Assembly: GCA_963790475.1 (NCBI GenBank)
Contig: CAWBOS010000012.1
Span: 544,001-608,000, forward strand
DNA from: an uncultured delta proteobacterium
GTDB lineage: Bacteria > Desulfobacterota > RBG-13-43-22
Direction: 5' to 3'
DNA length: 64,000 nucleotides
This document shows, in pieces, positions 9,324-20,030 of the stretch. Position numbers and translations under genes: made by a program. The number at the start of each line of letters is the position of its first letter. Within the stretch, counting starts at the first letter, position 1. The notes beneath the pieces are model-generated. The model was not told where the DNA came from and made no database searches. It worked only from the letters and a program-made list of their open reading frames with translations.

Positions 9324-9887
9324 TTAGTGAATGGCTCCAGAATGGTCTATTTTTTCCAGTTTAAATCCCCACATATCGGTGAATCCCTCGGCCGTGAGCC
9401 CCAGACTCAATCCAATCACCAGGATCATGACCACATTCCAGACGGCGCCCCAGGGATTGGTTTTGATCCCTTTGTGTTTGAACGAATCCTTATATTTAAA
9501 ACCCGAATTGGTTTCTCTTATTTTCACCGGCATCGTCACCTTGATGATTTTATCCTCCAAGGTGGCCCGCTCCTTTTTCTTTAATTGTTCAGGGGTTATG
9601 ATGCCATTGGCATTAACCGGCAGCCGGTCCCCTTTTTTTACCGGTACGGCCTGCAGGCCCTCAATCTTTTCAAAGGGCCCGATCTGCACCAGGGCCGGCT
9701 TTTCTTTGGTGGCGTTTTTGAGGGTATCGGCATTAACCGCGTATCCATCCGTAGCCGCCTTGTAATAGTACCAGGCCACCATCTGCCCGGTATTATAGGT
9801 GTGGAAGGCGTAATAGTATAATCCCGCCGCCACAAGCAACCAGAATACAAACTTAATGGTCCCACGTCCTTTCGATGCTTCAGCCAT
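9324..9887 (-). CDS. Membrane protein with DVU0150-like C-terminus
   Basis: GGAGG RBS; C-terminal GLSLGLTAE..G..L aligns with GLILGLSAD..G..L of 54330..54632. Confidence 0.7.
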   Translation of the reverse strand: MAEASKGRGTIKFVFWLLVAAGLYYYAFHTYNTGQMVAWYYYKAATDGYAVNADTLKNATKEKPALVQIGPFEKIEGLQAVPVKKGDRLPVNANGIITPEQLKKKERATLEDKIIKVTMPVKIRETNSGFKYKDSFKHKGIKTNPWGAVWNVVMILVIGLSLGLTAEGFTDMWGFKLEKIDHSGAIH

Positions 9888-9905
9888 ATAATTTCCTCCT
9901 TCGAC

Positions 9906-10040
9906 TTAAGCTGACTTTTGTTTTTCCAATGTGACCCGTCTTAATACTTTTTGTTCTTTTGGCATTACGATACGCGAAATTCTTTTTCGCTGAACGCCGG
10001 ACAGTATTTTCGTATTAAGAAGCCTTATCCCTTCTTTCAC
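9906..10040 (-). CDS. Small basic protein (44 aa), first ORF after the sigma54 promoter
   Basis: GGGAGGAGGT immediately before GTG; MKEGIRLLNTK...KQKSA. Confidence 0.45.
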   Translation of the reverse strand: MKEGIRLLNTKILSGVQRKRISRIVMPKEQKVLRRVTLEKQKSA

Positions 10041-10073
10041 ACCTCCTCCCTTGAGTTTGTTAGAAAAATATTT

Positions 10074-10089
10074 TGCAAGGTCTGTACCA
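10074..10089 (-). promoter_or_regulatory. Sigma54 promoter for the TauE operon A
   Basis: Minus strand TGGTACAGACCTTGCA = GG-N10-GC. Confidence 0.75.
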
Positions 10090-10207
10090 AGCTGGGCAGA
10101 TGATCTGAATCTAATTAACAACCTGAAAACATAATATTTTCGCTTCCAGGGTCCTTTCCCTAAGGCCAGCGATGAAGGCATTTTTTTTTCGCTGGATTAT
10201 GTTCCTT

Positions 10208-10233
10208 TTTACACATTGTAAAAAAACCTGGCG
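10208..10233. promoter_or_regulatory. Putative sigma54 activator binding site
   Basis: TTTACACATTGTAAAAAAACCTGGCG, 21/26 identical to 1030-1055. Confidence 0.55.
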
Positions 10234-10391
10234 CGTAAGGTGGGACTTACACCCGGACTTGGAGAGCGAGTCTCGCTAAACGGAGGCAGGCTTTTATTAA
10301 AAACCTGATATTAAATTATTACGACAGATCGGATGGCTCTACCAAAAGGTAAAGAATATAGCCGGTTATTTGATCCCTTTTCTATGACTAG

Positions 10392-12050
10392 GAGTCTGTC
10401 GGACTTAAATGTTTTATAGTCAAAATTTTATTTAAGAAGAGAAAAATCTCTTGGTTAAATCTAAGTTTTATGGTAGAATATAAAACTAATTCAATAAGTT
10501 AAATTAACATTTTTTATAATTTTATGACCACACCAAGAGAGCCACATGAACCCTCCACGATTTAAGTGTTGTGACCGTGACACCCTATACCTTTTGCCTC
10601 CCTCTATCCACGATTGGCTTCCGGAAAATCATCTGGCCCGTTTTATTGTGGAGGTAGTAATCAAACTTGATTTAAGGCCTATTGAAAATGCGTACAATGG
10701 CCGGGGTTCCGATGCCTATTCTCCTGCTATGATGCTGGCCTTGCTTTTTTACGGTTATGCGACCGGGGTTTTCTCCAGCCGCAAACTGGAATTGGCCACC
10801 TATGAGTCGGTAGCTTTTCGTTATATTACCGCCAACCAGCATCCGGATCATGACACCATTGCTGGTTTCCGGAAACGTTTTTTGGAGGAATTAAAGCCGC
10901 TATTCACCCAAATCCTGATGATTGCCCAAACTATGGGTATAGTCAAGTTGGGCCAGGTGGCTTTAGACGGAACCAAAATCAAAGCCAATGCCTCCAAACA
11001 TAAGGCCTTGAGTTGGGATCATGCCTGTAAACTGGAACAACAGATCCGGGCCGAGGTCGATGCGCTCTTACGTCAGGCCGAAGCAGCGGAACGAGAAGAG
11101 ATTCCTGACGGGATGAACATCCCGGAGGAATTGGGTCGAAGAGAAAAACGCCTTCAGACTATTGACCTGGCCAAGCAAGAGATCGAACGTCGCGCTGCGG
11201 AGCGTTATGCCAAAGAACAAGAAATCTACGACCAGAAGAGGGCCGCCCGTAAAGCCAAAGAGCAAGAAAGTGGTAAAAAACCCAAGGGACGTAAACCTGA
11301 ACCACCCGAGCCCGGTCCTAAAAAAAACGACCAAATGAATCTAACCGATGAAGACTCCCGGATTATGCCTGCTGCCGGAGGAACCTTTGAACAAGCTTAC
11401 AACGCTCAAGCCGGCGTGGATCTGAATACCATGCTCATCGTAGAAAATCATGTCACTCAACAACCCAATGACAAGCAAGAAATTGAAAATACCTTGGGAA
11501 ATCTGACTTCCTTACCAAACCAGTTAGGCACGGTTGACACATTAGTAGCCGACTCAGGCTATTTTAGCGAAACCAATCTGAATAAGTGTGAAGCCGAGCA
11601 GATCACCCCCTATATTGCTGTAAATCGTGAAGAACACAATATTCCCTTAGAAGAACGTTTTGCCCGGCCTGAACCTTTACCGGAAGATGCTGATGTGCTG
11701 ACCCGAATGAAGCATCGGCTAAAAACACCCGAGGGCAAAAAGATATACGCCCAGCGGAAAAGCACGGTCGAACCGGTATTTGGCATCATCAAGGCCATCA
11801 TGGGCTTTCGACAATTTTTCCTTCGAGGGTTAACAGCGGTCAGTGGTGAATGGAACTTAGTCTGCATGGCCTACAATTTAAAAAGAATGCATATCTTAGC
11901 CCATTAATAATAATGACCGAGCAATTGCAAGGAAAAATTGTCGAAAAAAGCTTGATATCTTTATTGTTGAACTAAAAACCCCTTTGATCCTCTAAGAAAA
12001 AATCCGATCCCTTTTGTATAATAATTATGAGTTTCAAGACCGACAAACTC
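10392..12050 (+). mobile_element. IS1182-family insertion sequence, copy 1 (1659 bp), CTAG on both flanks
   Basis: Terminal IRs GAGTCTGTCGGACTT / AAGACCGACAAACTC; CTAG at 10388-10391 and 12051-12054. Confidence 0.95.
10546..11907 (+). CDS. IS1182-family DDE transposase
   Basis: LLPPSIHDWLPENHLARF (DUF772-like), ALDGTKIKANAS, VADSGY, RKSTVEPVFG..AYNLKR. Confidence 0.95.
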   Translation: MNPPRFKCCDRDTLYLLPPSIHDWLPENHLARFIVEVVIKLDLRPIENAYNGRGSDAYSPAMMLALLFYGYATGVFSSRKLELATYESVAFRYITANQHPDHDTIAGFRKRFLEELKPLFTQILMIAQTMGIVKLGQVALDGTKIKANASKHKALSWDHACKLEQQIRAEVDALLRQAEAAEREEIPDGMNIPEELGRREKRLQTIDLAKQEIERRAAERYAKEQEIYDQKRAARKAKEQESGKKPKGRKPEPPEPGPKKNDQMNLTDEDSRIMPAAGGTFEQAYNAQAGVDLNTMLIVENHVTQQPNDKQEIENTLGNLTSLPNQLGTVDTLVADSGYFSETNLNKCEAEQITPYIAVNREEHNIPLEERFARPEPLPEDADVLTRMKHRLKTPEGKKIYAQRKSTVEPVFGIIKAIMGFRQFFLRGLTAVSGEWNLVCMAYNLKRMHILAH

Positions 12051-12124
12051 CTAGTGGTCCCGAAAGTCAGTGCGACATCGATTTATGAGGAGAAGGTCTG
12101 ACAACAAAAAAAAGAAAGTTCACC

Positions 12125-12140
12125 TGGCACAAATTTTGAA
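12125..12140 (+). promoter_or_regulatory. Possible variant sigma54 promoter for the porin
   Basis: TGGCACAAATTTTGAA: perfect -24 box, -12 box reads GA instead of GC. Confidence 0.45.
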
Positions 12141-12343
12141 CAAAATGACCTTAGCGATGTTTTGGGAAAGGGGGTGTGTATTCTTTAAAAGGTAAATACA
12201 AACTTTTACGTCGTCCTTCCGGAGAATGGGAGCCGGAGAACTCGCCTTTAGCATAAGAGCACGGGAGAGGAGAAAAATAATTCGCACCAAAAATAGAATC
12301 ATTGCAAAAAAAATAGAAATGAAAAAACACAAGGAGGTTTTTC

Positions 12344-13754
12344 ATGATGCCGAATAAAAAATGGCTGACCATGCTGGTTGCTTTTGGTTTTCTCTTCGGA
12401 ACTCCATTATGGTCTCAAGCTAAAACAGTCAATGAAAAAATCCTGGATATTCTGTTAGAAGAGCAAGATTGTTACTCCTGAAAAATACCAGGAGCTCAAA
12501 AAACAGGTCGAGGCGGAAGGGGCTGAGGTGGCCAAAGTAAAGGCCGCGGCCGAGAAGAAGACCGAAGGGGCCAAGATTGACTTTAATAGAGGCATAACCA
12601 TTAAGACCGCTGATGAGGAGAACCAGATTCGTCTTTCCGGCCGCTTCCATGGCGACTACAGAAAGTATGTGGTGGAGCATCCCAGTACGGATTCTTTTTA
12701 CATCCGCCGGGCCAGGCTGGCCGCTATAGGGACCTTTCGTAAAAATTATGAATTCGTAGTGGAATCGGAATTCGGCCAGGGCGCCGCTAAATTGAATGAC
12801 GGCTATTTCAACATCAATTATGTCCCCTATGCCCAGTTTATGTTCGGCCAGTACAAGGTCCCTTTCTTACTGGATGAACTCCGATCGGATAACTGGATTG
12901 ATTTTGTGGAACGGTCTTTAACCGACAACTTTGCCCCTTCCCGTGATATCGGCGTGATGCTCCATGGGAATATCGGCAAGGACCTTTTGTACTATCAACT
13001 AGGTCTTTTTAATGGCCGTCAAGTCAACGCCAGTTCCGATGTCGACGATGAAAAGGATTGGGCCGGAAGAGTTACGGTGGCCCCTTTCTCCCGCCTGGAT
13101 ATTCCCGTCCTGAAGGATTTTCATATTGGCGGGGCCTTTACCGTCGGGGCGGAACGTACCACCAAACCCAGTACGGACTGGTGGAAGAGTTCTTTTAAGA
13201 CCGCCGGCGGGTCGGGTACTACCTTTTTCCAATTTCTGGATACGATTACCGAGGATGGAACTCGAAGCCGATGGGAAGTTGAGCTGGCCTGGATGTTCGG
13301 TCCCGTATCCCTTAAATCCGAATACGCCGTCCTTCAGTTAAATAACCTGAATAATGGCAAAACGACGGGAAGCTTTAGCGGTAATTCGGGATATGTCACT
13401 TTAGGCTGGTTCCTGACCGGTGAGCATGAGCCCTGGAAAAACGGGCTGCCTCAGGCCATCACCCCTAAGAACCCCTTTGTCTTTGGCAAAGGAGGAACCG
13501 GTGCTTTTCAACTCCTGGGACGTTATGAATGGTTGGAGATGGATAGGGGACTCCTGACTCAGGGTTTCGCTGATGCCAACCAATTTACCAACAAGGCTTA
13601 TGGTTATACCTTCGGTCTGAATTGGTATCCCAATGACGTGGTTAGGTTCATGCTTAATTATTATCGTACCAGCTTTGATCAATCCATCCTGGTCAGCGGG
13701 AAAAGGCTTAATTACGAGGATGCCTTCATGCTTCGCTTCCAGATCGTCTGGTAA
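12344..13754 (+). CDS. OprO/OprP-family anion-selective porin; +1 frameshift near 12459 separates the signal peptide from the barrel
   Basis: AAGGAGG RBS and signal peptide at 12344; FYIRRARL, GQYKVPF, RDIGV, GLNWYPN, C-terminal FQIVW; removing one A at 12459-12460 joins the frames. Confidence 0.85.
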
Positions 13755-14230
13755 TTTTTTTCAGGGGGGAAAAGGCCTTACCTGGCTCAAAATAAGCTAA
13801 GACCTGATGGCCTCTAAAGAGTACCTCAAGAGACCACCCCTGAGAAAACAAGAGTCCGGAATTGTTTGAATAAGAAAAGGGAGTGCCTTCCCCGTCAAGC
13901 CAACGACGTCACTGCCGGGGAAGTGTGTCCCGTCTTCAGCCGGGGATAAGGGAGGGAACTCCAAAAATTAAACGCTTACCTGGCATAGAAGAATCTCAGA
14001 ACATTGGTGCCGGGATTCTTCTATCCCTTCCAATCAAGGGGAAATGGGGGGATTTTTGTGATACCTCTTCATCGATTCTGGTTCACGGTTATTAGTGAAT
14101 TTCCCATAAGGGAATCTACCAGGAAAGCCGGTAAGCCAAGTTTTCAGATTTAGTCGATCAGGCTACAGGAAAACCGGTCCGGGGGCCTTCTGATAGAAGC
14201 AAAACATCCTCCTTAAAGAGCGCCGTTGCA

Positions 14231-14332
14231 CTATTTCCCTTTTTTCTTTTCCTGCTTAGCCTTCTTTTTTTCCTTGGCGGTTTTGGCTGGTTTCTTTTTT
14301 GTTTCTTTTTTGCTGTCCATTGATTTTGCCAT
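14231..14332 (-). CDS. Unannotated 33-aa lysine-rich protein MAKSMDSKKETKKKPAKTAKEKKKAKQEKKKGK
   Basis: AGGAGG RBS 6 nt upstream of ATG; clean ORF. Confidence 0.7.
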   Translation of the reverse strand: MAKSMDSKKETKKKPAKTAKEKKKAKQEKKKGK

Positions 14333-14425
14333 AACTATCCTCCTGATGATAGGATTACCGGTAACTTTTTTTATATCTAAAGTATCACAGCCTTGCTTAC
14401 AGGTCAATCCAAGAAATAAAAATAG

Positions 14426-14965
14426 TTACCGATTCTGATACAAATGAAAGGCACAAATCACTAACGAATGCGAAATGATTCCCTCCCTGATTAACTTCTT
14501 GATTTCCCCATGGGGGACCTGAAGGACCTCAAATTCTTCACTCTCTTCGGGGGCCATCTCTGCGACCTTTTTTATATCCCGGGCCAAAAAACTATGACAG
14601 CGATTATTTAAAAAGGCCGGATTGGGATGAACAAATCCCAGGTATTCCCACTCATTCGATTGATACCCGGTTTCTTCAAGAAGTTCTTTTTGTCCCGCCT
14701 CCAAGGGGGTGAAGCCGGAGTCTACAATTCCTCCGGGTATTTCCAGCGTTACCTCTTCAATGCCAAAGCGGAATTGCCTGATTAATAGAACTTCTTCATT
14801 TTCGGTCAGGGGGATAACATTGACCCAATCGTTACTCTCCAGGATATAAAAAGAGGCTTCCTGATTATTGCGTGGTAATCGATAGCGATCTTCCCGGATA
14901 GTAAAAATACGATATGACCCGATAGTTTCGGAATGGGTGCGTTTCCATCTTTCGGCCAGATTCAT
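14426..14965 (-). CDS. NUDIX hydrolase (ADP-ribose pyrophosphatase-like)
   Basis: Nudix box GGIVDSGFTPLEAGQKELLEETGY; QFR and EIPGG motifs. Confidence 0.9.
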   Translation of the reverse strand: MNLAERWKRTHSETIGSYRIFTIREDRYRLPRNNQEASFYILESNDWVNVIPLTENEEVLLIRQFRFGIEEVTLEIPGGIVDSGFTPLEAGQKELLEETGYQSNEWEYLGFVHPNPAFLNNRCHSFLARDIKKVAEMAPEESEEFEVLQVPHGEIKKLIREGIISHSLVICAFHLYQNR

Positions 14966-15007
14966 GGGTATATTCTCCTTTGCCGGGTTTCCTTTTTTTG
15001 CCCCTAG

Positions 15008-16666
15008 GAGTCTGTCGGACTTAAATGTTTTATAGTCAAAATTTTATTTAAGAAGAGAAAAATCTCTTGGTTAAATCTAAGTTTTATGGTAGAATATAAA
15101 ACTAATTCAATAAGTTAAATTAACATTTTTTATAATTTTATGACCACACCAAGAGAGCCACATGAACCCTCCACGATTTAAGTGTTGTGACCGTGACACC
15201 CTATACCTTTTGCCTCCCTCTATCCACGATTGGCTTCCGGAAAATCATCTGGCCCGTTTTATTGTGGAGGTAGTAATCAAACTTGATTTAAGGCCTATTG
15301 AAAATGCGTACAATGGCCGGGGTTCCGATGCCTATTCTCCTGCTATGATGCTGGCCTTGCTTTTTTACGGTTATGCGACCGGGGTTTTCTCCAGCCGCAA
15401 ACTGGAATTGGCCACCTATGAGTCGGTAGCTTTTCGTTATATTACCGCCAACCAGCATCCGGATCATGACACCATTGCTGGTTTCCGGAAACGTTTTTTG
15501 GAGGAATTAAAGCCGCTATTCACCCAAATCCTGATGATTGCCCAAACTATGGGTATAGTCAAGTTGGGCCAGGTGGCTTTAGACGGAACCAAAATCAAAG
15601 CCAATGCCTCCAAACATAAGGCCTTGAGTTGGGATCATGCCTGTAAACTGGAACAACAGATCCGGGCCGAGGTCGATGCGCTCTTACGTCAGGCCGAAGC
15701 AGCGGAACGAGAAGAGATTCCTGACGGGATGAACATCCCGGAGGAATTGGGTCGAAGAGAAAAACGCCTTCAGACTATTGACCTGGCCAAGCAAGAGATC
15801 GAACGTCGCGCTGCGGAGCGTTATGCCAAAGAACAAGAAATCTACGACCAGAAGAGGGCCGCCCGTAAAGCCAAAGAGCAAGAAAGTGGTAAAAAACCCA
15901 AGGGACGTAAACCTGAACCACCCGAGCCCGGTCCTAAAAAAAACGACCAAATGAATCTAACCGATGAAGACTCCCGGATTATGCCTGCTGCCGGAGGAAC
16001 CTTTGAACAAGCTTACAACGCTCAAGCCGGCGTGGATCTGAATACCATGCTCATCGTAGAAAATCATGTCACTCAACAACCCAATGACAAGCAAGAAATT
16101 GAAAATACCTTGGGAAATCTGACTTCCTTACCAAACCAGTTAGGCACGGTTGACACATTAGTAGCCGACTCAGGCTATTTTAGCGAAACCAATCTGAATA
16201 AGTGTGAAGCCGAGCAGATCACCCCCTATATTGCTGTAAATCGTGAAGAACACAATATTCCCTTAGAAGAACGTTTTGCCCGGCCTGAACCTTTACCGGA
16301 AGATGCTGATGTGCTGACCCGAATGAAGCATCGGCTAAAAACACCCGAGGGCAAAAAGATATACGCCCAGCGGAAAAGCACGGTCGAACCGGTATTTGGC
16401 ATCATCAAGGCCATCATGGGCTTTCGACAATTTTTCCTTCGAGGGTTAACAGCGGTCAGTGGTGAATGGAACTTAGTCTGCATGGCCTACAATTTAAAAA
16501 GAATGCATATCTTAGCCCATTAATAATAATGACCGAGCAATTGCAAGGAAAAATTGTCGAAAAAAGCTTGATATCTTTATTGTTGAACTAAAAACCCCTT
16601 TGATCCTCTAAGAAAAAATCCGATCCCTTTTGTATAATAATTATGAGTTTCAAGACCGACAAACTC
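15008..16666 (+). mobile_element. IS1182-family insertion sequence, copy 2 (1659 bp), CTAG on both flanks
   Basis: Same IRs and length as copy 1; CTAG at 15004-15007 and 16667-16670. Confidence 0.95.
15162..16523 (+). CDS. IS1182-family DDE transposase (identical protein to copy 1)
   Basis: Same 453-aa translation. Confidence 0.95.
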   Translation: MNPPRFKCCDRDTLYLLPPSIHDWLPENHLARFIVEVVIKLDLRPIENAYNGRGSDAYSPAMMLALLFYGYATGVFSSRKLELATYESVAFRYITANQHPDHDTIAGFRKRFLEELKPLFTQILMIAQTMGIVKLGQVALDGTKIKANASKHKALSWDHACKLEQQIRAEVDALLRQAEAAEREEIPDGMNIPEELGRREKRLQTIDLAKQEIERRAAERYAKEQEIYDQKRAARKAKEQESGKKPKGRKPEPPEPGPKKNDQMNLTDEDSRIMPAAGGTFEQAYNAQAGVDLNTMLIVENHVTQQPNDKQEIENTLGNLTSLPNQLGTVDTLVADSGYFSETNLNKCEAEQITPYIAVNREEHNIPLEERFARPEPLPEDADVLTRMKHRLKTPEGKKIYAQRKSTVEPVFGIIKAIMGFRQFFLRGLTAVSGEWNLVCMAYNLKRMHILAH

Positions 16667-16822
16667 CTAGCAATAATCTTTCTTAGGCCTTCTTATTTGT
16701 TTTTGTCAAGGGTGTTGTTCAAATTCAATAACGTTAAATTTACAATTTGGGTTATTGCCTTTAGACCAGGTGTCGGTTATGATAATATTAAAGATAAAAA
16801 CCGAAACTGGGAAAAAATTTGA

Positions 16823-18118
<1,296 letters not shown>

Positions 18119-18139
18119 CCTTTCAATCTGAAAAAAATA

Positions 18140-18169
18140 CAAGGAGGCCCTGAATGCAGGACCTCCTTG
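18140..18169 (-). terminator. Intrinsic terminator hairpin between convergent eno and HD-GYP genes
   Basis: CAAGGAGG-C-CCTG aatg CAGG-A-CCTCCTTG; A7 run at 18131-18137 gives a minus-strand U-tract. Confidence 0.6.
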
Positions 18170-18414
18170 AAGGGAGGAGAAGGGGGGACCTTGTTGCCAC
18201 ATTCTAGGTCTACCCATCATACCGCGATGAAAACCCCAGGTGAAGACAACGTCGACATTTTTGGCGATCTTAAGCAAATCCTTTTGGTTTCCGGGCTACG
18301 AATTATTTGGGAAATTAGTTACTTATTTGGTTAGTTATTGAAATGAATGAATGGAGAAATAATGCCCCTGGGATTCGGCAATGATAGATACTCGTAAAAC
18401 AAAGATCGAAGACC

Positions 18415-19851
18415 TTATTGATTTAAGAAAGTAAGGTCAGGCTGAGGATTTTTTCTCATATCCATAAGATTGGCCAGATTGTCGTTTATTTTTACTTCCG
18501 GCACGTCAAGCATAAGGCTTATAAAGTTATCCACACAATCCGGGCAAAGCTGGGTGCCGCGCACCTCTTCAATAATGCCCATGGCATCTTTCTGACTCAT
18601 CCCCTTCCGATAGGGGCGATCGCTGATCAGGGCATGGTAAGTATCGGCAACAGCTGTCATCCTGGCCCAAAGCAGTATCTTTTCTCCTTTAAGTCCGTTG
18701 GGATAGCCTTTGCCATCAAACCTCTCGTGATGATGCAGGATAACGGGAAGAAGAGGTTTCATGCTCGGAATTGATCCCAGAATGGAAGCCCCAATTATAG
18801 GGTGTTCCTTGATGATGGCGAACTCCTTGGCGTCGAGACGGCCGGGTTTTAATAGAATGGAGTCAGGCACGCCGATTTTTCCCAGATCATGAAGTCTTCC
18901 GGCAATACCCAGAGACTCGATCTCCTCGTGGTCGGCATTCCTGTGGGCCGCCATCCTGGCTACAAGCCCGGCTACGGCTTCGGAATGTCCTCTGGTATAT
19001 TGATCGCGGGCTTCCAGCGCCGCGATGAGGCTGGTTATGCTGGCCAGCATCATCTTTCGCTCCGAGTCAAGGCGCTCTCTTTCTTTGAGTAAAATGAGGA
19101 AGTGGTCTGAAAGCAGTTTTTCAACCGTAATGAGAACCTGCTCCAGATTGAAGGGCTTGATCAGATAACTGGCTGCTCCCCATTGGAGCATACGGCGCAT
19201 GATGGCTCGATCGAAATTGGCACTCATCATGACAAAGGGAATGGCGGCCAGGGCAGGATCGGCATGGATCTTTTTGCATAACTCGACCCCATTCATCTCC
19301 GGCATATCGATATCGCTTAAGATCAGGTCGGGCCGGAGATCTTGAACGCGCGTCAGGGCCTGTTTCCCGTTCTCTGCCGTTATCACTTGAAAGCCTTCTT
19401 CTGCCAGGGCCTGGGAGAGGAGTTGACGGATCTTTAATGAGTCATCCACAACCAGAACCAGACGACCGCGATGAAATTTAGATTTTTCGAGTACCCTTTC
19501 AATGGTCTCGTTAAGTTGGGTCTGGGCCTCAGACTTTGAAACGTAGGCGGCTGCGCCCACCCTGAAGCCTTGCTCAATATCCCGGTCCGATTCCAGGGAA
19601 CTGAGTATTATTACTGGGATACCCCTTGTATCGGGATTGCCCTTAAGCTTCTCGCAAAGGCCGAACCCATCCAAACGAGGCATTTCAACATCGGTGATAA
19701 TCAAGTCAAAATTGCCGGAAAGCGACTCCTCCAATCCTTTAACCCCGTCTTCTGCTTGACTGACTACAGCACCGAACTTTTCAAGCTGCCTGGACAATGC
19801 CTTCCGAATAATCAAACTGTCATCGACGATGAGTATGTTCGGTTGATTCAT
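18415..19851 (-). CDS. Dual-receiver HD-GYP c-di-GMP phosphodiesterase
   Basis: Two REC domains (ITDVEMP, LSDIDMP); GHS, LHDLGK, HHERFDGKGYP, ADTYHA, RPYRK. Confidence 0.92.
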   Translation of the reverse strand: MNQPNILIVDDSLIIRKALSRQLEKFGAVVSQAEDGVKGLEESLSGNFDLIITDVEMPRLDGFGLCEKLKGNPDTRGIPVIILSSLESDRDIEQGFRVGAAAYVSKSEAQTQLNETIERVLEKSKFHRGRLVLVVDDSLKIRQLLSQALAEEGFQVITAENGKQALTRVQDLRPDLILSDIDMPEMNGVELCKKIHADPALAAIPFVMMSANFDRAIMRRMLQWGAASYLIKPFNLEQVLITVEKLLSDHFLILLKERERLDSERKMMLASITSLIAALEARDQYTRGHSEAVAGLVARMAAHRNADHEEIESLGIAGRLHDLGKIGVPDSILLKPGRLDAKEFAIIKEHPIIGASILGSIPSMKPLLPVILHHHERFDGKGYPNGLKGEKILLWARMTAVADTYHALISDRPYRKGMSQKDAMGIIEEVRGTQLCPDCVDNFISLMLDVPEVKINDNLANLMDMRKNPQPDLTFLNQ

Positions 19852-20030
19852 GCCCATAGATCCTCTGGTTTTGTGCGAACCAACACACCGGCACCTGGGT
19901 TTCATGGAATATCATCGGCAGATTGAGAGGTAAACTTTAATAGCCCTTAGCAAAGTCTCAACAAAACTCCCGGCACCCGCAACCCAAAGAGATTGGCGCA
20001 GGATTCCTCTTTGATCCTGTTCGTTGAGAA

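Noticed and set aside
14226-14438. 70-aa Phe-rich plus-strand ORF
   Set aside because: Antisense shadow of the Lys-rich peptide, which has the RBS
18180-18300. Possible gene remnant (LLKIAKNVDVVFTWG) on the minus strand
   Set aside because: Too short to assign
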